Positions 24,911 through 39,062 of a stretch of 64,000 bases of DNA are shown here, piece by piece. Under the pieces are notes generated by a model, which saw only the letters and a program-made list of their open reading frames with translations, was not told the origin of the DNA and ran no database searches. The stretch's first letter is position 1, and each line of letters opens with the position of its first letter. The stretch comes from Vairimorpha necatrix (taxonomy: Eukaryota). The translations under genes were made by a program, and so were the position numbers. The stretch spans positions 496,001 to 560,000 of the forward strand of contig CP142730.1 of the NCBI GenBank assembly GCA_036630325.1, written 5' to 3'.

Positions 24911-25490
24911 GTTGCGATGAGAAATTTATAAAAATTTTTTTTTGAGAAAAAAAGACCACAAATGAATGCCGAAAACGAATTAGGATTTTACAGCATGTTG
25001 TAAATATATTTTCTTGCTTTTTTGAATTGTGTAAAATCGTAAATCGGAGGAATGTTCTCTGTAAAATATAACCCTAAAGTATAAATTTTACATAACTACT
25101 TAATAAATATCAAAAATGTGATTTAGGATTCATAATGATTTTCCGAACCTCGTATAAAATAATCAAATCTTCCTATGTGTAAACCCATTTAAAAGGCTTT
25201 AAATATATAAAAATTTATATATAGCAATATGTTGGCTAATAAAATGGAATGATCTAAACATGAATAAATATTAATTGTTACGGAATTTTAGTAAAATCAA
25301 ATGACTGTACATAGATCTACGCAAAAACAAAAGCGAAGAAGACTACTTTTGTGAAATTTGTTATATCTGAAAAAACTTAAGCACCATAATACTTTTTAAA
25401 AAAATAGATTTAAATCTATTTTTTTTCTTACAATCTACTTGAAAGATATATAATAATGTTTTTTTGACCAATTCCCTAATCATAAAAATA

Positions 25491-26128
25491 GGTATATGGC
25501 CGTTTGCAATCCGCTTTGAAATTTTAACGGACCCACCTTTCTAAAAAATGGCAAAATTGGCAAAACAATGTTTGTTGAGGCAGATGGGCTTTTTAGTGAT
25601 GAAATGTATTTCTACATGGAAAACAAAGTAAAGTTTATTTTGGATTCATTTGATGCTGATTAGGCGTGCGCCTTGCTCATTTCTGTAACTAGTAGGAATG
25701 CTGCTATTCTCTTGAGGTTATGCAAGATAATGTATAACCTGTTTCTATTGTGATTTCTAGTCAATGGGTAGCATATGAGAACACATTAGACAAGCAAAGG
25801 GATAAAGAACAATACTATTAATCACTCTATCAATGCTGTAAAATTTAGCGATTCCGAGACACAATACCAAATAAGTTATTTGGCGTTGGCTCGTTTCTAA
25901 AAGAAATATTCGATCTATATATGGACTAAACCATGACGAACACTATTAGCACATTTTACAGTTCCTCTGGGCATTCAAAATCTCCAAAAAAACAACGGAT
26001 AAATCGTCCTTTTTCATTATTTAAAATAAATCGTTAAGTCTTTTTTTATAATTTTTTTTATTTTTCCCTTTTTTTTATTTTTCAAAGCGGGTTCATTTTC
26101 CCAAAGCGGGTTCCAAACGGTTTGCACC
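25491..26128 (+). mobile_element. Merlin-like internally deleted element, copy A
   Basis: TIR GGTATATGGCCGTTTGCAATCCGCTTTG. Remnants resembling (S)QW.AY and TINHS. The TSD is clearer in copy B. Confidence 0.7.
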
Positions 26129-27479
26129 TAAAATAATATCATTAAAGCGATTAAAGAAACTTTGAATATAAAAAAAATGTGTCGGGGAAGAACAAAATGG
26201 CAAATTGCTATGTATTAATAATTACGTTAGGTTTCTTAAAAATAAATTAATTTTCTTTTAAATTGTACATGGCTAGATAATTCAAGAACACAAAGACCAA
26301 ATATATAAAATTTAAATGTTTTTGTACAATAAGACATTAAAATACGAAGTTTTTGTGTAAATATCAAAAAATATAAACTAGTGATGTCTATATCGAAATC
26401 CGGAAATAGGTAAAAATAATCAAATTGAACAAAAAACAAATAAGGGGGAAGGTAAACTGTAGAAGTTATAAACAGTTTAAGGGAAATGTCCATTGACCAT
26501 TTTTATTGGCTCAGGAAATGTAAAGAAGCGGGGCTTATGTCTAATTTGCAGAACATTTATGTTGCGAGTGCGCTAGCTAAACATGAAACTACAAGAATTT
26601 TGCTATAAAAGCTATAAGTTATTCTAGAGAAACAGGTTTTTTTTTATTGACCTAAAAAGTCTTTTGACAAAGCCCAAGTAAGTCGAAATTTGATGGCTTA
26701 TCTTGGAAAATATGCATTCAAGAGTTGAAGAGAGCATAGAAAATACAAAGAAGATAAGATAGATGACCTCGGCCAACATATAATATATTTTGATGATATT
26801 TGAAGAATATATAAGGACGAAAATTTCCCAGTATGGTACCTTATGGGATTATATATGTAGAAATTAAAGGCGTCGAAATCGATTACTTATTTTGGCGCTA
26901 CTTAAATTCAAAAGTACATGGGATAAAAAAAATAAAACAATTATTCTAACAATAGTATTTTGATAAAAGTCTCTGCATAAGTTTCAGTATTTCTTTTTTA
27001 AATTTCTAGATATAAATTGGAACTCGTATATATTATCCTATATTTAACTCATGATTTCTCTTCTTGTTCTCAATTGGGTCTTAAATGACTTCAAAGATTG
27101 TCTGTTTAGTTAATATGTTGTTCATGCTGATTAGTGAAGCCAATACTATAAATAACAACTTCATGAAAAAATCCGAAGTCGCGAACAGCAGAACGTAAGA
27201 AGCAAAAGCATCAGCTCCTATTGGAATTCCTGCAACTATATTATCCCTATAAATCTTTTATTATGGGGCAAACATATGAGAAACAATTTTAATAATCAGT
27301 TGTTGCTATCATTGTTTGCACCTTTAACCATATAGATTGTTTAATGTATATCTTCCTCTTGTGTATAATTCGTAATTATACGACCCTTACATATTGCCGT
27401 GTCGTCGACCTGAATAGTTTTTCCTATTCCCCTATTTTTACAAAAAATGTATTATTTCATTTTTTTTTAGAAAAAGCCC

Positions 27480-28050
27480 TTAAAAAAATGTGGTATAACT
27501 CGGAGGCCTCACATGTTGCCGATGCCATTGAGTCAGTCATTTTGATCCAGCATTGAAATATTATCAGTTGTATGTATGCGGGCATCCAGGACTTTGCAGT
27601 ATAGCGACATTTTAGGTCTTTTCGTTTTTTTGCAGCTTTTTGTACAGTAAAAAGAGACTCCTTCCGAGTAGTTTTTAGAATTTACTTGGTTCATAAAACA
27701 ACCACATTCACACTTTAGAATATTTCTATATAGTTTATAACCTATAATACAATTGGCTGCTTTTCTTCAACAAATATTGTGCTTAGAGATTTCGACTTGC
27801 ATTAGGGTGTAAAAAATCAACATGTACAAAATCTCTTTCCATAAATTCACAATCATTCAGCATTTAGAATTTTTTGTACAATGTTTACAATACATGTTCG
27901 CGATTTTTTTCTTTTTAAGCCCTATTTTATTATTAATGAGCGCCCTAATTTCTATACTGGTCAAAATTTTAATAATTTATCTAATCACATTAGTGGTACT
28001 TCTATAGGTCTTTAGCATGCTGAATGCTCCATGCAATTTTTTGAGGAGGA
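27480..28050 (-). pseudogene. Possible Tc1/mariner-type DDE transposase remnant (duplicated at ~58205-58770)
   Basis: The minus strand reads DARIHT and LNGIGNM*, resembling DNARIH and LNPIENxW. Heavily decayed. Confidence 0.4.
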
Positions 28051-28356
28051 TACAATGAATGCATCATTTATAACTACTCTTTTATCAATTCATAACTATG
28101 TTCAAAACATTTTGTAGATACAACATTGTTGTAAAAGATTCTCTTAGTATATGCCTCCCTTATTTCTACGACATACATAGGATACACTTGAGAAGATGAA
28201 CACATAAAAAGTAATTCGTTTAATCGGCGTGTTTAATAGTGAAAAATATAAATTATTCATAATATAAAACGATAGATAATTGTAGAGCCAAAAATGATTA
28301 TTAGACAAAAACAAACTTATAAATAAAACCATCGATGTAAGTATAAATGCAAACTT

Positions 28357-30581
28357 TTAATAATTGTATAATATTTCTACTAATTTATTATGCAAATCTA
28401 TGGCCGAATCTCCTTCCAGTAAATATGCTAATATGTCTTTGTATCCTATTTTTAAAATAATATCACAGATTTTATTATCATATGCGACATCTCTAACACT
28501 CGAATTTACTATATTTTTAAAATTTTCCAACAATAAATTTTTTACTATATGGGTTTGCTGTTTTTTATTCATTGTTATCTTTTCTTAAATTTAATCAGTA
28601 AAAGTATTTTTGATTTCATCTTCATATTCACTAATCAAATATTCAGATAATGCTTTTTCAAATTTTTCTACTAATTTATCTCCAAAATTTAAAATTTTTG
28701 GTTTATATTTTTTTATAAAATCTTTAAACAATTTTTTATAATTTTGTATCTGAGTTGACGAAATAATATTTCTAATAGCTATAGTGACTTTTTGTTTTAA
28801 TTCAAATTCCATTTCACTAATTTTATTTTGCGTAATCTCCAACATATCTATATTTATTGTTTCGTTTAATAATTTTTCAAAACTTTCTCTACATAATTTC
28901 TGTAAAACTGTTTCGTAATTTTTTCTTGATTCCAACATTTCATTTTTGTCTTTTTCTTGTATTCTACTTATTAGTATATTTCTATCTAATTTTTTTATTA
29001 AATTTTTTGTATTCCTTTCTATTTCTTTTTTGTCGAAGCCCAGATTGTTCAAAAATCCATTTTTCATGAAAGTATATTCATTTCCATCTTGTTTATATAA
29101 AAAACATCATCGTTTGTAAATAATGTCATCATTTTCAATAAAAAATTTTCAATGTTTTTGTTATATGTCTTAATATCAGTTATATGAGCATCTATAACAT
29201 CATATATTTTTATTAAATCAATTGAGTTGTTGCCTTCTTCTGATATCAAATTTCTAATGTTTATTAGAGTTTTAAATATTGGTTCATTGAGAGCCTCGGT
29301 TTTTTGAATAAACCTGTCTGCTTCTAAAAATAAACAACCTTTCATGATAAAACTACAGATATCAAATCTTTCCGAAAGAGCTTTTATTAGTTTCCCCACT
29401 AAATATATATTACTTTCATTGTTTTCAGAAAACTCTCTTTTTCTTATTATCATATTTTTTTCGTCTCTGGTAATCTCCCCCAAATATTCACTTAGGTGAG
29501 CAATCAATATATTAAGTACTGTGCCAGGTTCGTCTAAAATCATATTTAGCAGGAATTCAAGTCTGTTATTTACTTTAAATATATGGTAAAATAATTTGAA
29601 ACCAGGAAACTTATTTTTTACCACTAAATAAAAAAATTGAAAAATCATTTTAAATTTGTCAAAACATTTTTGATCGATAAATTCGTGATTTTCTTTGGAG
29701 TTTGCATTTTTTTCAACCAAATAAGAATCAGAACTAGTGTAACTAGAAAATGTTATTTTTCCATTTCCGATCGTGATCTTGAAATCGTCGTAGTTAATTT
29801 CGTTTTCATTAAAGACCTCTTCAATGTCTTCGTCATCAAAAAAATCTACGATCGTATCAAGGTTCACATTGGTGTATAATTTTTGCACATTATTGAATAT
29901 TATACCATAAAAATTATCCGGGATTGGATGTATTTCAAAGTACAACTTTTCGGCCTCATGTATACTGATATTGAAATCAAATCTACTATAACCATATTTG
30001 CTATAAATATTCGAATGGATACAGTGCATATTACCTTTTTTTAAATAAGAAATTAATGGAATATAAATATTAGAATCACTTCCATCATTTTGTTTTATAA
30101 ATTTTATCATTAAGTGCTTCTCGTCATGATAAAAATTTTGTTCAAGAAAATGATCAAAAATTATTTCATTATTTTGATCTTTGATATATATTACAAGATC
30201 TCTCATAATAGGATAGTTTAAAATATCTTCAAACGAGTACTTTAGTATTAAAGTGTCAATAAACAATATCATACTGTTATTTTGAATTTGTTTGTCAATT
30301 TTTTCAGCAATTAGCTTTACTGATTTTTCTCCACATTCAATTTCAAAAAAAAAAGCTAAATTTTTTAAATTCGAAAATGCACATTCTAAATATATATCAC
30401 AATTTATAACATGATCTCCGCCATCGTAATTAATTGATGCACTCCAATAACGTTTACTATTATCAAAGATAATATATTTTTTGTTCCTTATTAAATTATT
30501 TAAATAATGACTTAAGTTATCATAACCGAGGTTTGTAGTTGTAACAAATAAAATTGTAAAAAATAAATTCATATAATTCAT
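28357..30581 (-). pseudogene. Frameshifted copy of the 741-aa secreted-family gene
   Basis: Three consecutive ORF pieces match 59080-61305, with indels near 29095 and 28585. Sequencing error cannot be excluded. Confidence 0.8.
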
Positions 30582-32028
30582 ATGGGGTTAATTTTTTAAT
30601 AATAATATTTGTCGGTGATCTTGTGTCATACTATAAATCTTATTTCCTATATTGATGGATGACACGCCATAGAATGAATTGTATAGTATTTAGTCAACGT
30701 ATATATTAGGTTTTTTTCAGAAATAACAAAATTATAATTTGATACGGAAACATCTTTAAAGTCGACCGTTTGTCTGCAATTGTGTGATGCACTTGAGTAC
30801 AATACATAGAAAGATGTCATGTATATCACCTGTCACACGTGTTCAAAAACATGTTAATCATTTCAAGCGACCCACCAATATGAGTCACACAAAGAAACAA
30901 ACAAACGAAAGTTGTATAGTTGTAACTGCTTTCGTAAATACGCCAATATTTGCAGTTTAGTATGACAACAAATGATAAGTTAAAAATGAAATATAAAAGA
31001 AAGGCTGTCTTCGAAGGGTATGGAATATATGAGGAAGAAAATTACCATGCATAAAAGAATCAAATGTAAAAGCTATTTCGAAAAATACTTTAAAATGGCT
31101 ATATCGCCGGAAAAATGACAAATTGCATCAAAATGAATTGAAGATCTTAGAACGGTGATATTTTTCTAACCGACAATGAGGTTATATTAGTTGCTATTAC
31201 GCTTTCAATTTTTTATAAGAACAGAAAGCTCCGCCGCGTAAGACGAACTTTGAATTCAGCAAAATTGTACCATCTTTATCGCGCCGAGTGGATTTTCCCC
31301 AGACAGCAAATTATATCTTTAGGCGAGGCATCATCTGAAAACTATGAAAGGCCCATATTATCATCCGCATCCTGCTCTTAGTCATTTTCACATCTAGCCA
31401 CCAACCGCATTTTATGTTTTGCGTTGACTTATTTTTTTTCAATAGCATTGCCGTCTTAGCTAATAGAATATAGATGGGCATTCACAACCTTTTCCTACAT
31501 CGTAAAGTTTTTTTAGTGTACCGAAGGATCACGCTTTTAGGACATAAACAGGGTCTTTTTTATTGTCCATATAGTATTTTATGGAGTTTGAAATAACAAT
31601 ATAATTACAACAATCCTGCTAAAAGTACATTTATTATAAAACTAATTTTCCGAGAACTACATGTCTAAATATTTGGTTTTTTTGACAGAATAAATTAAAC
31701 ATGTGAACAAATGTAAAATTTTTAGTAGTACAAGAACAAATGCCCCTCGAGAAAAACGAACTCAATTTCTTTTGCATCAAAAACCCGCTTTCGAGTACTA
31801 AAATAAGACATTCTTGGCGATCCCGTAATTTATAGACATTATGGAATTTATTGACACTTAGCGCCGAGACCTTTGAGTAAAACATATGACTAAGATTAAT
31901 CTGTCGTACATGAGGATAAATTCTATTTCTAAGAAATGTGCATCATTATAGACTTTGTAAAATTTTAAAAAAAAATTAGTAGCAAAACCTAGGATTACAT
32001 AGAAAAAGATACAGATCAGATAAAATAA

Positions 32029-32797
32029 TTTTTTTTTGCAAGTAAGTGTTAAAAATCTCTTATTGGCCTAGATGAATCGGATGTGATCCTTTTCCAATTT
32101 TACTGTTAAATTATTACCTACTTAAACTCCCCCATATTACATGTCAATGCAGAAATCTTCGCCTTGTCCATTGAACTTGGCTCCAAAAGTCATTTTTTAT
32201 TTATGCCTTTAATCGCGTTTAAGTGACCTCACGGCTGATATACTTAACAGGCATGGTTTTTTTAGCCCGTGGAGTGACATCATTATGCTAACTCAAAGGT
32301 CTCAAAGAACATCTGTTAAGCACACAAGGAGTGTACAATCACAACATAACCAGCCAGATATTTTCATTGGCTGTCGACCTTAGTCTCTCCCACTAGATTC
32401 GGCCAACGGACCACATACCCTGTAGAACAAGGTCCAAAAGAACTTCTGTTGCTTTACTTCGTCTAGTCTTTAGTTAGCATTAAAATCACACTCTAGAGTG
32501 CACCAGCCCTTGGCTTCAATGAGGCCATATCCATCAGATACTTTCATGTATTATAAAGCCACTTTAAGAAGTTAGTGCTTCTGGTATTAAGTGCTGTTCC
32601 TATACCAGACACCAATTCACTTATTTATGGGCCCATACAGGTTTCATTGAATCAACTTAATGATTTTGTAGACATTTTTATCCTCTGAGTTGATCCGACT
32701 GCATCATAGAAAGTAGAAAAAATTTTTGGTAGCCCTGACATTCGAACTTAGCATTGTATAATCATAGCGTCGCCTTCTACATCTATGCTAAAAACTT
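32029..32797 (-). mobile_element. tRNA-headed SINE-like element, copy 1
   Basis: Head with A-box-like TAGCATAGATGT and B-box-like AAGTTCGAATGTC. Body homologous to 33322-34099. Short A tail. Confidence 0.65.
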
Positions 32798-33321
32798 TTT
32801 TGAAGTTTTTTGTTAATTGTGATTTTTATGAAGATTGATCACCGCAAGTTTCTTTTATAATGTTGTAATGGTAAGATCCAAAAACGAATAAATATTTGAC
32901 TATTGCAATAGACCGAGCAAATGTTCTAATTTAAATTGGGGAAATTAATAAAAAAAATTTCCTGTATTTATAACACCACAATTTTTGCCATTCAAGATCA
33001 ATGTTCATACTTTTAATACACATAGAAAAAAATCTTTTTGTTAGTGTATTGACACATTGGTCGCCTTACTTGCAGTTTAATCATACCTCTATAATACACA
33101 ATACTCTTTGGGCCCTCTGTATTTTTTTAATATATATGATTATTTTTATGCTTTAAATTCCTTGTAACAAGTATACAAGCATTTTTATTGGGCAATAACT
33201 AGATGTTTCCCAATGGGAATATATACTATGTAAAATAACTCAGTATATCTATCCTGTGAATAAAATAAAGTTTAATTTAAAATACACATGAATTTTTAGC
33301 TTACCCTCTATATTTGTAAAA

Positions 33322-34099
33322 GTACCCTTAGCTTAGTGTTGAAGGCAGTGATTTTATTGAGCAACGGCCGAGTTCGATTCCCGGGGCAATAAAATAGTTT
33401 CTACTTCCTATGATGCAGTTGGAACAACTCAGATGATGAAAATCTCCACGATAATCATTAATTTGATATATTGAAACTTGTGTGTGTCCAGCCACAAGGG
33501 GATTAGCATCTAATGTAGAAACGCACCTAAAGGCCAAAAAAATAGTATCACCCCCCTTGGTGATTTAATGATAGATAAAAGTATCTAATGGGTACGGCCT
33601 AGTTGTAGCCCATGGCTGGTGCACTCTAGAGTAGGATCCTAGAGCTAACTAAGAGAAAAGACGAAGTTAAGCAACAGAAGTCCTTTTGGACCTTGTTCTA
33701 CGGGGTATGTGATCCGGTGGACGAATCTAGTGGGAGAGACTAAGGTCGAAAGCCAATGAAAATACCTGACTGGTTATGTTATGATTGTACACCCCTTGAA
33801 TGCAATATGGATGATTGTAGGGACCTTTGAGTCAGTACGATGATGTCTCCCCTCGGGTTATAGATATCCATGTCAATAAGTATATCTGCTGTGAGGTTAT
33901 TTTGGACGCAATTTGAGGTATTAATAGACAATGTTCTTTAATATCCAAATTTCAATATTATACGATAGGAGTTCTGCGCTTAAAAGTAATTTAATAGGAG
34001 TTTAAGTGAGTAAGAATTTAAGTAGCAGTAGGATGAGGATTAACATTGAATCCCTTTAGTCCTTACGTAACTGATATTTTCAACTTTTATTATAAAAAA
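33322..34099 (+). mobile_element. tRNA-headed SINE-like element, copy 2
   Basis: A box TAGCTTAGTGTT and B box GAGTTCGATTCCC with tRNA-like spacing. Inverted homolog of 32029-32797. Confidence 0.7.
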
Positions 34100-34547
34100 T
34101 ATGACAAAACGCGCTGAACAAAAAGTATTTTCTCAATAAAATTTTTTTTAATTAGCATGGTAAAAAAAAGCAAATATTTTTTTCCAAAAAGCATTATGTG
34201 AATACTAAAACAATTTTTTATCAACGTGTCCAACTATTGAACATGTATTAGATAATTCCTAAGTTACATGATTTAACCTCACTTCTAAGTTTGTTCATAA
34301 ATTCTTATAATTTTACACAAGGAGATTTGTGGCTAGTTTAAGAAAGTGAAGCTTATTATGATATAGATGCCTTCGCTTTTGTTGTATAATTGCTTTGTCT
34401 AGTGATCTGGTAGAGATAATATAAGATACTTGATGTATTAGAAAAAAGCAAATACGATGTCTCGTTAAAGTTATTTTAAAGGTTTTTTTTATCTTTCCTG
34501 TATTAAAAAGAGTTTATAATTTTAAAAATTGTGATGAAGTGGCCAAA

Positions 34548-35079
34548 TAATAGTAGAAAATGTCAACCACATCATCTGTCAAAAGTTTCATCGGCGACGA
34601 CGCGGCGTTTCAGAAACAAACGAAATAGTGCTTTAGAAATGTGTTTATAATTGCAAAATCATTTATAGTTAGTAAGTGCTAAATAAAAATTTAAAAAAAA
34701 AGAAGTTAATGTAAAGGGTTGGAATACAAAAGCGACAAAGAAGCCATCAATAAAAATCATAATAGAGATGGTTATTCAGAAAAATATTATAAAAATAGTA
34801 TCGTTCCCATAATACAGGACAATAATATTTTTCTGAATAACCATCAATATTATAATTTTTATTGATGGCTTCCTTGTCGCTTTTGCATTCCACCCCTTAC
34901 AAAAAACTTCTTTTTATATTTTATTTTTAATTTAATTAGTTACTCAAGACTTATTAACTATTAATGACTTTACAATTATAAACACATTTTTAAAGTACTA
35001 TTTTGTTTGTTTGTTGACACGCCGCATCGTCATTGATGAAACTTTTGACAGATGATGTGGTTGACATCTTCTATTACTA
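34548..35079. repeat. ~530-bp foldback (long inverted repeat), MITE-like
   Basis: Arms of ~245 bp (e.g. ATGTCAACCACATCATCTGTCAAAAGTTTCATC and its reverse complement) with a short spacer around 34795-34820. Confidence 0.88.
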
Positions 35080-36622
35080 GTTATTAACGATATTGACGAA
35101 ATCAAAAGAAAACCAACTAAAGCAGTATAAGGATGCATAATCGAAGAGCAATGACAATAAGGCTATATCAATAAACGTATGCATGCCTAATATGTCATTT
35201 AAGCCATCTTCAAAAATATTTGGACTATGTAGCGTCCTAAGCGCGCTAGATCTTAAAGTAATTCCTTTTGCAAAGTCTGATGGTTCATCGAAATCTTCAA
35301 CATAAACAACTTCCGAAAGTAGCTGTTTTTTGTATAAAATTTGTAAAGCAATAGCAGAAAAGAATCATAGATTTAAGTATTTTTATTCTATATGTAAGGT
35401 GTCCCGCCTGCTTTACTATTTGAAAATATATTAGTATGTATATATTATTGGTTTAACACAAATATATTTAAAATTCGTCACAAAAAAACCAGTTTATAAT
35501 ATAAAAGCCATTATGTAATTTTTAAGATAAAAATACATGTAGAAGTCTTAATTTATTGTGATTTTTATTGCTCATAATCACGCAATGAGTAATAAAATAG
35601 ATTTAAAAATAGAAACACATATTTCACATAGATTCAATTTTCAATACAGCAACATCCATAGTATTTTTTTGCGTTAAGTTCACTCCTCTAACATAATTTT
35701 GTTATCTTATTCAAAATTATATGTGGTCTCATGTTTTAAAGACAAAAATTATGGAATTACAATTATAATTTACTGTCATTTAATTATAAGACAAAAAATA
35801 TGGCATTCTTATTATATTTTAGCAAATGAAAAAGTTTTATACATGAATTGCAATTGTATTGGGGTATAATAAGAGTGTTACGATGCCTCAATGCATATAT
35901 TCTATTCTGACAGAGCTAAAAATAAATCAAATTAATTAGTGCAAGCACTATAAATGGGAAAATTGTGGCCTTTATGGTCGGGTCGATTACTTATAATTTA
36001 TTTGATTATAAGTTATTGTAAATTAAGAAATATCCTCGATGAGTTGCTAAAAACTATGTTGTCTGTAAAGGCATTTATTGTTCACATTTAAGACTTATAA
36101 AACGCATCTAAAATATTGTAAAAACAATTAAGAAAGGAGAACACTACAAAATTCTATTTTTGATAATTAAAAAGAGGTTTAACACTTTTTAATTTATTAT
36201 TTTAATTTAAATGCCAGTAAATTTAAAATTGGTCGCATACTATCTTTTTTTAAGCCTTGTTCGCCAGATTTGGGTAAATGTATATAAATTAACAAAAATT
36301 AACGCTACCAATGAAGTACATTGATGCGTAAATGAATGGCTGGAAAAATCTAAATCTTGTATAACGATTATATAGATAAAAATGTGTTGATTGCTAATAG
36401 ATTCATTTCGCTATGCTCATATGGTATAGTTTATCATAAATGAACTATCTAGAGACCTTATGGGAAAATTTATTCCAAGACTCGACAATATAGTAAATAA
36501 ACAATTTTGAAAGGTTTTTAAAGAAGATTAAGTTTCAATATAATAATGTTAGCATACAAAAAATAGTATTGACATAAATAATGTGATGATTACTAATGAG
36601 GAAATGAATTATGAATTAACAA

Positions 36623-36642
36623 TATATATATATATATATATA
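36623..36642. repeat. (TA)n microsatellite
   Basis: Read directly from the sequence. Confidence 0.9.
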
Positions 36643-38495
36643 TGGTATAAATATGAAAAAATATGTTCTTTTTCATCTATATATAAAATGATGTGATTAT
36701 AAATGTTTTAATACACCAAAGGATGGTCAATATACAATCATAAAAATTTTATATTAAATGTGTAATATCAAAGAAAAGTTTTTTGATAACTCTTTATCAA
36801 AAAAATCGCGAAATTTAGAAGGGATGAGTATTGAGAAAATAAGAGCCGAATCATTTACTAAAAGACAGAATCTAGTAAGGCCTAAGCTAAAGGCTTAGTT
36901 TTATTGATTTTTTATTTTTCTATTTTATTATATCTTAGCCCAAATGATAGGCAATTTATTCTCTCATAGCATAAACTAAAAAATTTAGAAGGTATGGTGA
37001 TTCTAGGTATCAAACAATTAGTATATCAATTGCTGAAATATTAAAAAAATCATTTCAATTTATTTATTTTTGTCGTTGCTTTAATTGTTTGTAGATTTTT
37101 GTCATGTTTGTTTTTTTTATTGTATAAAAAATTAATAGTATAATAACATTTTCGCATAGCATAATATCAAATAATCGAAGTAAATTTTCAATCTTTGAAG
37201 TAATAAACAATGAACATTGCGCTACATTAGAAACTAATTTATATTTTTTTATAATAAACAATTTCTTTTAATTTTTTTTTAAGAAAAATAGTAAATACAA
37301 CTCAAAGATTTAGATTAAAGTAATAATTTTAACCTCAGTCATACATATATACATAAGAGATTTGGCCCGTTTTTGGTTTTTTCACTTTAAATTTTATATG
37401 TTTTTTTTGTTTTTTAATTTATAATATTTGTAATACTATAAAACAATATTTTTTGCACGATCACATTATGGTCTAATTTTAAATATTCGTATTTATGTCA
37501 TAAAAGCATCAAATTTACCAAAATTTAATTAATTTTAATCTTATAAAAGAAAAGAAAAAACCACATCCATCGGATGTTTTCTTATTTATTTTTTTTATTT
37601 ACATACAAGAAAAATCCGCTGCTAGAAGTGTAAACAACTCAGATAATTCTTTACAAGAAAATATCGGGGAATTGCATGAATATAAAAATTCTCATATATA
37701 AGGAAACAAAGGGAAAATAAAGATAATTTTGACAGTTTTATAGATGAAATGACATTTCCAAAAAATCCAACCTGGTTGGCCAAAAGCACCTAACTGAGAG
37801 GAACATAAAATTCTACAAGAAGATTTAGATTTTCAAATGTTTTTGGAAGCTCTTCTTAACAATTCTGATGAAATAGAACATTATGCCAAAGGAAAAGCTG
37901 TTGTATATTCCCTTGCTAATCAGCTTAAAAAATTGTGTAAAGCCGCCTTATAAATTGATTTTTGAGAGAAAAAAAGAAATTCTGAAGGTATTAAACAATC
38001 TGTAAAAAAATTAGTTGCCAGTAAATAAGACAAAGAAATCAATTTATCAGATGTTCAAGAAAACAAAGAACAATGTAAAAGTTTAAATTAATGATATAAT
38101 CAATAAAATTTGTATCATCATAAAAAATAAATTTATCCTTTTAACTATATGCGTCATTTATACTCGCATGTTGTTAAAACAATTTCTCATCTTTAATTGT
38201 CTCGTGTTCTATTTAATTAATATGTTCATTGGTTTGCCCTACTTCAGCAATATTTTCTGATGTTCATCGAAATTACCTTTCGAGGGATTCGTAGTTATTA
38301 GGAATATTAAACTATATATTAATAGCTTTTAAAATAGGTAAATTTTAATGTTTAAGAAGATTGTCGTAATTTTTTAGTTTTGTCTATATTAATCTAGGTT
38401 TTACTATTGAATATTGCAAACTCTTATTAAATAAATTAAATGACTTATATTATAATAGATTTATTATTTGATTCATAGACCAAAGCTTTAAGACT

Positions 38496-38497
<2 letters not shown>

Positions 38498-38524
<27 letters not shown>
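38498..38524. repeat. (TA)n microsatellite
   Basis: Read directly from the sequence. Confidence 0.9.
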
Positions 38525-38526
<2 letters not shown>

Positions 38527-39062
38527 TTTTAATTTTTTTCTTGTCTAAAGCACTCTTCTGCTTTATATATTCAAAAAAATTATGATTCTGAATTTTTACT
38601 GGCATAATTACAGCTTTTGTTCATTATTAGCTTTATAAACAACATGTTGTACCAATAGTAACCAGATTAAGTTCTATGAGGACAAGTATAACAGATTTTA
38701 TTACATAACAAGTCGTAGCGATGATTCATGCTCTTTTAGTGAGGATGATTTTTTTTTGATGTAGTCCTGGGCCTTGAGAGCGAATTTAGACAGAATGGAC
38801 TTGATATAAAAGGATTTAGTATAATTTTTTACTTAGATGCTTAAATATGACTCATACTGGTTCTGTATAGTTGTATCGTGTTGGCGTCAAATTATAATGT
38901 ATGCTATCCATTCTAAGACAATTTACAGTTCGTGTTTCGAATAAAAACACGACATGATTTATTATCATAAATTTGCATATCAATTGCTTGTAACCCTTAA
39001 TTTTTACACGATAATTTTTTCTGCAGAACTAGCACAACAGTCGAACGTAATAATATCCGTAT

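Larger units (their letters stand above)
21320..33279 (+). repeat. Segmental duplication, copy A (~12 kb)
   Basis: Colinear, high-identity match to 51815-64000, with identical short ORFs (e.g. 23341 vs 54066, 27344 vs 58069). Confidence 0.95.

Noticed and set aside
33322-33392. Functional tRNA gene
   Set aside because: A/B boxes are present, but acceptor and anticodon stems do not pair convincingly and it is fused to a repeated ~700-bp body; treated as a SINE head.
33420-33490. Hammerhead or box C/D motif in the SINE body (GATGATGAAA...GAAAC)
   Set aside because: No CTGANGA core, and the motif is not conserved in the other two copies.
35100-39000. Decayed coding or TE remnants (also 16000-16900, 26500-27300, 30800-32000)
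   Set aside because: Composition hints at old coding sequence, but no motif could be identified with confidence.
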